This document shows positions 26,483-38,400 of a stretch of 64,000 bases of DNA, piece after piece. Position 1 is the stretch's first letter. Each line of letters starts with the position of its first letter. This DNA is from Phoronis australis (taxonomy: Eukaryota; Animalia; Phoronida), in NCBI GenBank assembly GCA_002633005.1, contig NMRA01000148.1, forward strand, positions 768,072 through 832,071. The letters are read 5' to 3'. A program made the translations under genes and the position numbers. Under the pieces are notes generated by a model. That model did not search any database. It worked only from the letters and a program-made list of their open reading frames with translations, and had not been told where the DNA came from.

Positions 26483-29400
26483 TCAGTATTCAATTTCATT
26501 CACATTTCGAGGTTTTTCGTCATCACTGGACACACTGTAGATTGAGCCTTGTTTTTTCACAGACTTTTCTTTCTGCTCGCGGTCTAGGAAAAGAGAGAAC
26601 ATAAATCAAAAGGGCTTGTTAGAGCAACAATTTTCAACCTGTGATATCTATAGCCGTTCAGATAGGTAAATTTAGTTAAAAAATTGTGTAACACCATATA
26701 TGATTGATGCTCAGGAGTGTTGACTCAGCAGTGGCCTACACGTCCAATGGTGTTCTGTACATGCATGGATTCCACTTATCAACTATTTGGAGTAAAAATC
26801 ACTAATCCTTTTTCCACTGGAGTAATTAAGATCTAGGCACACTTGTTGTTTTGCTTCATAGAAGTGCCCACAACTGGAATGCTTCAGGAAGATCATCACT
26901 GAACTTGACACCATCTGAGAAGTAGGCCTAACCATATACAGAACCCAACTTTGAAGGGGTGTTACATGAAAAGGATTTTTCTCTGGTTTAATGAAAAAGG
27001 TGAAGTAATTAGTTTAAAGTATTCTAATTGGATGCACTTGAATTATCTTCCTGAGATTTTTAAAAAATGTCAAAAAATAAGATTTTAGAAGGAAGTTAAA
27101 ATAATGTATGTTGCAATTCTCCACATGTTCTCTCTGAATATGATAGTTGGCCAGCCAAATTGAAGTCATTTTGAAACTGTAAATAAGGTCCAGCAGGTTT
27201 GTTGAGTCAGTCTGGTCAATCAAAACCTTATAAATTGTTTCAATTGAGAGAAAAACATTTAATGTCCTACTGGGCAAAGAGGGCCAAGCCTCAGTGGAAA
27301 ACCAGCCCATTGCTTGAGCCAACATAGGCTGTTACATAATGTACAGTCCTGAACAGATGTGGATAAATCAAAATTATACAAAGAAACAAGATGCAAAAGC
27401 AAGAAAATATCTCATGAAAAGAATCTTATGTTGACACTCACACCAGTCGAGATTTGGCAACTCTACTGGTTTACGTGCCTGAAAATTTGCTTTGCTGGAA
27501 TTAATCAAAGACACCGTGCTATTATAGTTGATTACATCGCCTCAGACTGCTGATATTATCATTCTCCAGCCCAATAAACAGACCCATAATAAACACACTG
27601 GGGGTGACGATAGTCTTTTTAAATTTTCGTTTTGAAAGTTTTTAAATAACATATTTGAACAGTTAGTGAAAATTTATGCATGTGATTAGGTTTTTGAATT
27701 TTGAAATTCGGACAAGAAATCAATGACTTTTACAAACTAAAACTTTTGTATAATCTTGCCATATTATGATCCTCATGAATTCTGCTGAAATTTACAATTA
27801 GCACATTACATCATGATATCCGTTTTTAGTGCCATGCAAAAACGGTTAAATTATCATGCTTTCCTTTTGTCACATATTACTATATCTTACAACCAAAGTA
27901 CCTGTGTTTCCACTTGTATCACCAGCCTTCTTAGCTCTTTTCTCTCTCGAGGCCCTTGGCCTGAAACAAGCAACCACCACAGATAACATTAGATTTCATT
28001 TTTTGCAATAATATGCCACACAACAAAATATTTAAGAGTAAAGTACCCAAATTCCCATCCCCTTATGTGTACTGCATCCCTGCAAAAGAATTTCAATAGC
28101 GTCCTCCCCCCGCAGGAAGCGAGGTCTCAACTCAAATCTGAATGTCAATGTGGTTTTGGTCCACCCCTTAATTAGTAATGAAAGAACCAGAGACAGAATG
28201 GTTTTATCAGTGCATAATTTAGTTAGGCATTTTATAAGCTCAGCTTGGATTTTGCAATAATATATATAGAGAACGTCACCGTCCAAACTGACTTTCCATG
28301 CAGGAAGTGAGTTCTTCAGTTAACATTGAGTTTTATTGTAAGGTACACATTCCTTCTGCATACAATGAAAAACAAGACAAACACATAAACACTCACCTAT
28401 GAGACTTTCTGTCATCATCACTATCACTAGAACTTGTCAAGGATGACATGGACGGCGTCCTTGACCTCACAGGTGGTGGGGATGGGGACTGTCTGGTCAC
28501 GTGAGTCAGATCCGACGCATTACTCTTAGCACTCTTGGGTCTATATTTAGGACCTGATGCGTTACTCCTCCCACTCGCAGGCCTTGCTGATTCCGAATCT
28601 GCCTTTGTATTCCCTGGATGTACCTTGTCATCAGAGGCATTACTGCTGGCACTCAAAGGTCGCGAGCTTGGCGTTTTGTGGTTAGAAGTGGCACTCTTAG
28701 GCCTGTTACCAAACTTGCGATCGGAGGAGTCGCTACTAGCACTGGTAGGTCTGTGATTGGTCTCATTTATAGCTCCCTTATGATCCTCATCTGGTTGAGC
28801 AGCACTCTCTTTAGTTTGCTCTCCTGGCTCATCAGTGTTTTTGGTATTTTCACCCTGTATTTTCATGCTACGGTCAGAATCATGACTTTTTGCACTTGCA
28901 GGTCTACCATCCACACTGGTTACCCCATCAACAGTCTCCTTTTCAGCCTGACTTGATTGTTCCTGATTACTTTCACTTTGAGGTTCATGGTCACTTCCAT
29001 TCCCTTTTCTTCTTTTTGCAACAGTTTTAGCTTCATCAACATATTTGCTGGAGTCATCTGACTGCTTGTCATTAACTGATGGAACACTGTTTACCTCTTC
29101 ATTGCCAGCTTCATTGTCTCCTTCTGGGTGACGCACCTCTGTACCATTCTCCTCTGACACATGTGTACTGTCAGCCGTATTCTTTTCAGATGCAGCACCA
29201 TCTTTAACATCAGTAGCAGCAGAACCAGCCTCCTTACTGTCATCCGTAATGGTCGGCGTATTACCACCACTGCCACCAACCTTGTTACAGCTTCCATTTT
29301 TCTTAAAAGTCGACTTATCGCTGTCTTTACTATCTGATGACTCTGAGCCAGACATCTTGGGAGATTTGTCATGTTTCTTTTGCTTACTCTTTCTGTCATT

Positions 29401-32400
29401 CTCCTTCATTTCCTGACCCTGCAACTTGTCACTGTTTTTAGATTTATCGTCAACATCACTGTGGTCACTGGATTTATTACCATTGGATGTCTGCTTTTTA
29501 CTGGCCTCTTTCTCCATTCTTTGGTCAGTACCGGAATCCTGAGAGGTGTTGCTTTTTCCACTTCTAAGTGTTCCCCCTGTAGAAGGTCTCTTGGTTCTCG
29601 GTGAGCTTGAACCACTCTTTGAACGTGGTGTCTCGGTACACTGCTCAACTTCACCAAACTGTTTCTTCCTTGGACCCTGTATGTACTTCATGTATTTCAG
29701 GTACTCGTGGTGGGTGAAAAATCCTAGAAAACACAGAGTGTACATTTATGAGCCCCTGAGTAGATTTTACTCTTAAAAATACATATGAAATGGTTTCTGT
29801 TGTAGGGAAGCACCTACAGATCGGCACTACTTCAGCTAGACCATGCTTGTCACATAAGAAGACCTGCAGTGACGAAGTCATCTTATCAAGCCTCATCTCT
29901 AACAACAACAAACCCATCAGTTCTTCCCTAGCCAAGGAAGAGAAAAGTTAAAATCAAAGGTTACGGGCCTGAAATCAAAACTTGTTTTTTATGGAAAGCT
30001 GGTTTGTATCAAAGGTGATATGAACCAGCTTTCAGGCAAAAAACTAGCATTTCTCACTTAATCAGGGTATATGCCTCATGCACCTCTCCCACTATGCCAT
30101 AAAGAACTTAATTTTTCATATGACATTTCAAGCTTATAAAGACTTGCCCAACCTCATCTTCCATGCCTTTTTAAAGAATTTAATTGTTAATATTACTACT
30201 CAAACCATACTAATTACGGTTTCTTACCTCGCCTTCTCTCTCGTGTTATCAGCTGCTCATATCTATCCTGGTTGAGCACTTTAAGTTGAGCAGTGCTATA
30301 CACCCGGGCAATGTCCCACATGTATCTTTGTTGTCCACGAGTAAAGTCCGGGTGGTGTAAGTACTGGTGTCTGCGGAAAGAGGGCGGCACCGTTTTTGGT
30401 CGAGGTTGCTTGGGCTTGTTGTTCTCAAGACTGCTCCATCTTGCATCAGACGACACCTGACAGTCGTAATGATGCCATTCGTTGACATGAGAGCCATCTG
30501 TAGTAGAAAACATACATTACTTAAAGCCACAAAGCTACAGCTAGTAAATTTCATCTAGTGTTTTTAATTAATTTCTTTGCTCTGACAACCAGATTTTGAC
30601 AGGAAATGACAGCCTACAAGATCCAATGTATTTAGTCCAGAGTGTGTGCGTAGTATATCTAATACTGTTGCAAGTGTTTGGTGTCGCACATATCTTAGCA
30701 AGATTTCGATAGAGACATTTGTTCACGTGACAAACTTTTGCGAGAAATAATCACGGGTACAACCTGGGAAGATCTAAGAATATAAACATTGTAAAATCCA
30801 GAAAAAAGTGTTATGGAACAAATTTCATATTGAATTACAGAGCTATTGTCTAGAAACAGCTTCCTGGTGTGAAGATGAACACGAACTTTAAATTTATACC
30901 TTGACTGCTGGCGGACTGAGTTCTGTTTGTGTCATGTGCAAAGTTTGAAAGTGTACAAGCCTCAGTTATATATTTTACGTATTACTGAACTGTTGATTTT
31001 TAAATCTGTTTTTCAAATGTTAGTGATCTTAGTTGATATATAGTTAGTGTTTTCTTTTACCAAGTAAAAGCATCTGGATACAAAACCCAGAAATGTCCAA
31101 ACAGTAGTAATACTAAATGTAAAACAACACTGCACTGTGGGAAACATGGGATGTTGGGATATCAATCATTGTACTCACTTGAGAACTTAACAGGGGGTCT
31201 CTGTGTGGTGTTTATCCAGGCCCCAGAGAGAGGGACAACATGCTCTGGTTGATATCTTGGAGAGCTGGAGTCAAGGCACTTTATGTGTTTCGTACTATCA
31301 TATGCTGTATCTGCAACAGAAGACCGGCCTCAGTATCTCCTGCATGCTATGTTCAGGACTGTTTGGAAGTTGAGTGGACTTTTTAATTTAGAGAAGTAAT
31401 TAGGGGCATGTTCGGACATTTGCAGTGCATAAATGTAATTGAAATTGTGAATTTTCTCTCATAGGTTACTTCACATTCCAACCTCGCCGACAAAACACTT
31501 CAATGGCGGCCATTTTGCTAGTCTTCGTCTGTAAGGTCTCAATTAAGCTTACTCATGAAACACATGCCATTCACTTACATGATTTTATGTGCTCTAACAA
31601 AACTTGCATGAAACTAGGCATGCAAAGCATAAACAAGATTGTAAAGACATGTTCATGTATCTACATTGGGTGTTTGAATCAAATTATTGTTTAAAATTTA
31701 AAATCAATTGTAGCTTATTCCCAAGCATGTAACAGTCTTCATAACTCCTTAAAGGAATTTTTATTCAAATGGAGAACTGGAAAACTTTGTAATATGATTA
31801 TTTATTTTCATCAACAACAAGAACTTTTGAAGCAGCCTTGGGAAATTTTTGTGAATGCTTAGTTAACTGTAAACAAAATGCATTATGTAAACGCAAGAAA
31901 TCACCTACTTTTAAAATGGCGCTCTGGATCTGGACTTGGACTGAAATAAACATGTTTAATTATTGTTAACACACATTCCATTAACAGATGCACATTTTCC
32001 ACTGGTAAATGTGGCAAACTCATAAAATTCAATAACAACTCAATTAACTTTATAATAATTCGTACCTCATCAAAAACCTAAACCAGTTGGTACAGTGCAT
32101 TGCAATGAAATCTATATTTCAGAAAATTTCACACATATTCATGAATACAAAAATACCTTACAATATCATACTGAACCTCAAAATTAACAAGTTCTTTGAA
32201 AGAAACAGCTGCAATGTTCAAATTTTATACAATGGCCAATTTTGTTTACTTAGTGTAACTTTAAAAAATAATCTTTTCCCAAAACCACAGATGCACACAA
32301 TGTACCTGTTAGAGCATGCAGGGGATTGTCCACGCAGTCTGGTCTGGAAAAGAATGAATATTCAATTAAACCAGCTACAAACCTGCCTTCCGTCAAAAAT

Positions 32401-35400
32401 TTAACTTTTGATTTAGACAGCCTACCATTACGTAACTGGCTTCAAATTATTCCCTAGTGACCTCAGAAGTGATTTTGCCTTAGAAAAAATGAGAATTAGA
32501 AATTGCTCAAGACCAGACTCTACAAGCTGGCAAGGTCTCAAGAAATAAAGAACTGTCTGTTTTCCCAAGCTCAGAAACCATGTGTCATATGCGTGAGGAA
32601 CAAGGCAAGACCAGCTTTAGAGCAGTAAGTGATCGAAATCAAAGATAGTTTCTTTGATGGAACATGGGCTCCTGGCAGATTTAAAGCCCAAAAGAATGAA
32701 AGCGTATGTAGAATACCGTGTTTACCAATGAGTCTGTCATATATGCACTTTCAAAACCAAGACAACTGAATGCGGTGCCAGACAAAATACACACCATACG
32801 TTTCGCACAAAAATGGTGAAACGCTTTTTATGTTTTTTTTTCATATATATATATCCATCCAATTGTGCCCTAAACTCAAAAAAATTACAAAATGGCTGTT
32901 ATGGGTGTTTTTCAATAAGATATATCACTAACCAAAGCAAATGGTGTTTTGTTGAACTGTCCCTTAATTTGTTTTAGGCAAACATAATTTTGCTGTAAAG
33001 CAAATGCAAACTGTGGAAGGTACTCAGACACATCCAATGAAAATGTCAGATATCCATGAATAAATAAAGTTAGAAATGGCAAGCCTCAGTCACAGCAACA
33101 GAAACAATCAATAGTGTCGTTCCCATGTGAAAATTGGTGGAAAAAATCTCGTGTATTTTTTCAAGCAAACTAGCACAAGGAAAAATTTTTGCATTGGGAC
33201 ACAAATTTGCCGGGATTCTGAATTCTACCAAATTTCACTTCATTAATGCCAGGAAAAATTATTAGTAAGTTACGTGGTTTGTTGATTCAATTAAAATTCA
33301 TTGTTATTTGTATCATAAAGCCACCAGTGTTGGTGCATGTTTTGTACCACACTGTGTAGTGTCAGTGTCTGCCAATAGGGGAGATATAACTTTCTGGTGG
33401 TCATGAACCCTCTGGGAACACAACAGTTTGCGAAATAAATCCGATGAATTTGTTCCTCAAAATATTTCTGGGATTTCAAAATACATGTGATCGGCACTAC
33501 TGGAAAAACCCAGGAACGATGGCCCTTTGTAACACTCCAGAATTTGCTTCCAATCATCTCACTAAAATTTAATGACACCCTGAGTGCAGCTTCAGTGAAA
33601 ACTGAACTACTGTAGTATCAGATGAAATATCTACAACCGAAACATTCAGCTTTATGATAGTTTTGATGCACACTGGAATATGCTATCTGTTAAAACAAAA
33701 ATAAAAATGAAAAATATCACCAAACCTTGATAAAATGTTAGTCACCACATTTCATGTCATTCAAACATCGATTGCCCTCTTCGGATAAATTTTATTTTAA
33801 ACCACAACAATAATTCAAATTGTCAATTTTATTTTCAGTTTCTTATGTACGATTGCTTTTAAAATTTTTGAGTCAAATCGTAATGTATTTATTATTTCAA
33901 TCATTTTTGCTGTCAATGTAATATAAATCTATTAATCAAAAAACCCACCTTATTTGACTTGTTGTTTAGAATTATCATACATGACGGAGTGTTTCCAATA
34001 TCGTATATCTTAGCAACAGGACTGTCGCTAGGCCACTTCTTATCTGTAACCCTGCAAAAATAAAAAATCACAAAGTCACATGAGATTCTGTGTTGATAAA
34101 GTGAAAGAAAAATCTGTTAAAATTGAATTTTAATTCAAATATGATTAATAGTGTGAAAAAAACTGCACTTTATTGTAAACTTTCTCAAATACAGTTATCT
34201 CGAATACAGAGTAGGGTATTGGTGGTGGTGAATATGCCATAAAAATCCAGAGGGTTCAGCATCTATTTTGCAACTTCTGTATTTAGTCAGACTTGCTCCC
34301 AAGCTTCAAGGGTTCGCAAAGCTCACACAGGATTATTTGATTTCAAAGAGCCAAGTAATTTTTTAATTAAAATGGCAAAAATAAAACCATAATATTTGGT
34401 GCCTCTCTGAACTCAATTCAATACTTTTATAAAGTTGTGTTATACAGTAAAATCTCATTAATATAGAACTCACTATAACGGACAAGTGAAATTTGTTTAT
34501 TCGTGAAAGATATGCAACAATAAAATAATGCTATTACATGTTCAAGGTCTGTACCATAGCCACCAACAGAAAATATTGTGAAAAACTTCGGGCATTTACT
34601 ACAATGTTAAAAGCTTATTAAAAATTATAAGAAGGATATTTTGGTAATTACTTTTGTCTAAAATTGGTGAGATTCTACCAGAAAATATGAGTACACCAAG
34701 ATTAACTTCATTTAGTATTTGCCACGTCGCCACCATGTATGAATCAGACCTGAAAACACCACTACATCTGAACTATAATCAAAAATAATCTACAACAAAA
34801 ATGCCACCTGACAACTTCATACTTAAAAATTTTGTTGTCCTCAGAATTCTGTTGTCACGCAATCAGGCCACCATCCGATGTTCTACTCGCAAAATTTGCA
34901 AATTTTCACTTTGAATCGCCCATGCTCAGCTTAACGCCTGGCCCCATATTCATTAAGATTATAACTTCATCAAACAATCTATTATTTTGCTAATTGTCTA
35001 CAAAACTATAATTTTGAACTCTCAGTAAACAAAATATGAATCAAAGTAGAAAGCCTCTGGAATTTATTGTTTGACTTTAAACCAAACTGCCATTAACTGG
35101 ATTTTAGTATCTGAAAATTTCAATCAGCCATTTCTGAGACATGATGTTTGGATGTTTGTCAAATCTGGGCATTTTTCTAAGGTTCAACAACATTAAAAGT
35201 ACCAGTGTCATTGTGGCACTTATCTCGCGAAAATTTTAGCTCCCAAAACTTATGTAACTCCCTTAGCTTTGAGTTACATGCGTTCCTCTGCTTCAGCGGA
35301 ACTTTGTTGCATTCAGGTCGGAAAATATCAGCTCTTTACAAAGAGGCGTGAAATTGTGCTTTTGTCTCACATATATTCAACCATTATGGTACTTGTTTAC

Positions 35401-38400
35401 AAAAAAAAATGGTGAACACATTTGCATAAGCAAATTGACCGTTCGGGTAATGCTCACCCTCGACTGTTTAAAAATTTAGTGTTTTAAATGCCCATAATTG
35501 GCTTCGCACCCACCGTGACTTTTGAGTTCTCCATCAAACAGGATAGGTATGGTATGCTTTTGTTTCAGGGTACTCCATGGCATCAGGTATGGGGAAATGT
35601 ACACAGAGGTGCTAACATTGTCACCACTCACAAAAAGAATTATTGAAGAAAATAACACCACTGTTTAAAGCAATACAACTGTGAATTGAACCATATTTTT
35701 CTTTGCAACAGGCCTTGCCAGTCAATTATTACCAGGGTTTATTTTCTTTTCTAGGGTCAACAGACATTACTAGTGAACTGTAAAGGTATTGCTCTCCTTA
35801 CAGTCAACTTTAAACACTGTTGTCATGGGTTTGTTATTCCAAGGGTATTATGTGGTTTAGGAGTTTGTTTTTACAGTCAAATCATAGTATGGTGATAAGT
35901 CTGGGTGTTGTACCAAGCTCAACATAGTCTATAGATGATATCAGTCATAACAGTTAATTTTGATTATAATGCCAAAAGCACCATCCTCATGGCAAGGTTG
36001 TCAACAATAGTTTATAATTCCCAAATCTGACATAGTAATTATCAATTTCATGACATAGGGACAGGAGTCTGTAAAAATTCTTCTTATAAAGTACAAGCCA
36101 AAGCATTCAGATAAAATAACCCGGAATTCCCTGTCATGACAGCTTAGAAGACGCCCATAACCAGAGTAATCTCTCCTCAAGGGGACTAACAGCAAAGTTA
36201 GTAAGGTGGTTAAGCCATTCTGTAATTAGAATTTTGTGCCCCCTAATAGTTATTACCAACTATGTTTTCTGTCAACAGAATTAGATGTCATGACAGGGAA
36301 GCAGTATATTGTCTGATCACTTTTGTCTTGTACTGTAATTTAGACATGAAACTTCATCTGCAGAAACTCAGTTTTACATCATGCACTGAACCATACTTGG
36401 AAGTGCTTATCTACAGGACCTTTAAAAACTGTCAGAAATTAATTAAAAAATGATTTTTACAATAGTCATGATTGTTTTCAGGCCTCAAAAATGCCCAGGT
36501 CATTACACTTGCTATCAAAACTTCTAGTTCAGTCAGAAAAAAACATACAAGAGTAAAGTGGCTAACTGCTAAACAAATAACTAGAAAAATGACCAAACTG
36601 TCAAACTTGCAACACCTCAGAAATGGCTGGTTGACTCACGTGAAACTTTAAGAATAGATTCCTTGCTTTAAGGACTGTTCTCCAAAACATGGTCAGGAAT
36701 TGTCATTTAAATTAATAAATTCACTTTTGCATGAAAAGTACTAAAAAAGGACTTACATGATTTTTGTGAAAAACAAAAATATAAAGCTGCATAAATCAGA
36801 AACGAAATGATAACCTAGAAAAACGTAATAGTATTTTGAGATTTCATCATGAATATTTATAACAAATGAAATTTGGCCATGTTATGTATACTGTCATTTT
36901 GCTACGATTGAACCTTTCTGTTTTGTTATATTTTACTTAAATACGACATAGTCATATGACCCATTCAGTGGCAGATTGGTATCAAGTCAAAAACCCAAAT
37001 CTACTGACTTCCAGCTTTCAGAAAGTATTTACCAGTACACTTTTCTTGAGTTAAATGCTATATGTTTGTACATATTTGACTGACTACACAAACTTGTTGA
37101 TAAGGACCTACATAACATTAAGACTATCCAGTGGTGGATTTAAGGGGGGGGCCAACGGGGGCCATGGTTCCCCCTAAAATTATCCCATATTCCATTTGGC
37201 ACGTCCGGGGTGCGAATGTCTGATCGGCAAAATCCTGGCTAATACTCTGCCATATCCCCCCAATCAAAATCCTGGATCCGCACCTGTTATCATACAGCAA
37301 AATTACTAAAAACCTTTCCTTTAACACAAATGTTCAGACTCAATGTCCATTGGTGGATTTAAATTGGTTATAGAACATAAAAATCATAAAGCCTTTCTTT
37401 GGTCCAACTAAGTTTTTTACGAGAAATTGGAGAAACAAAATTTCATTATTCCACCATACTCTGTCACAAGCATCCTTTTCTCATTGCAACTCCTTTCTTA
37501 CAAGCCCTAGTTCTTTTCTTTTTAATCGCAATTCAGTTCTCATACACTGCCTTTCGTTTCACAGTGGATAGGAGACACATATTGCATGTGCAAGACAACA
37601 TGTAACCCCTGCTTGGCAACATCCCAGTATGCGAAACAAAAGAGAAGAATTGCTGCACATGAGAAAAGAACTGCAGCTCGTGAGAAAATAAGTGCGTTCA
37701 CTGAAAGAATGCTGTTTATGAGAACGCTCTTGTGGGACCCACCCTTGTGGCACCCACCCTAGTGAAACTCACCCTGGCGGGGACTGGGAACCCACCCTTG
37801 TGGGGATCTTCCCTTGCATGGGACTCACTCTTGCAGGTACCAGACTGGCAAGGACCCACCCTTGTGGGGGACCCACCCGTGACTGAGATAGATAGTCCAG
37901 ACCTGCCAACCGACTCTATTAAAAGGACAAGGCTTAGACATCCACACATTAATCAGGTTCAAGAGATCCATTAACTTTTGTCAACAAGAGACAGTTCTGA
38001 ATTTCATTGATCATCAAATTATGAATGCCCAATCTACGTAAGTGCAACTTTGTTTGGTATTTCCCTCTAGATTAACTCTGCTCTATAACTTCAGCAGTTG
38101 CTATTAGATACAAACCATTCGCTCAATACAACTTTTATGATCAGTTAGCAAATTTTATGAATAAAACATGATATAATGAGAGCTGTTAGAGTTAGTAATC
38201 GACAGCCCATTGATACATTAATTAACGGTTTCAATCACGTATTAACAACAATTGAAAAGGTCCCAAACAAAGAAATGGTGCATCAGAGGCAGATACATCT
38301 GTAAAAATTTGTAAACATCCCTTTAATTGACTTAAGTGTCAAGTGCATTTTAAAGTGACATTATTCGTGAGAAAAGAACTTTCTTAGATCTCCACCAGCA

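Noticed and set aside
26720-26730. ARE/MARE-like TTGACTCAGCA
   Set aside because: It is an isolated match in the last intron of the FAM216-like gene, more than 20 kb from ferritin, with no supporting context.
28535-29776. Several antisense and alternative-frame ORFs over the large FAM216-like exon
   Set aside because: They are shadow ORFs of a low-complexity coding exon.
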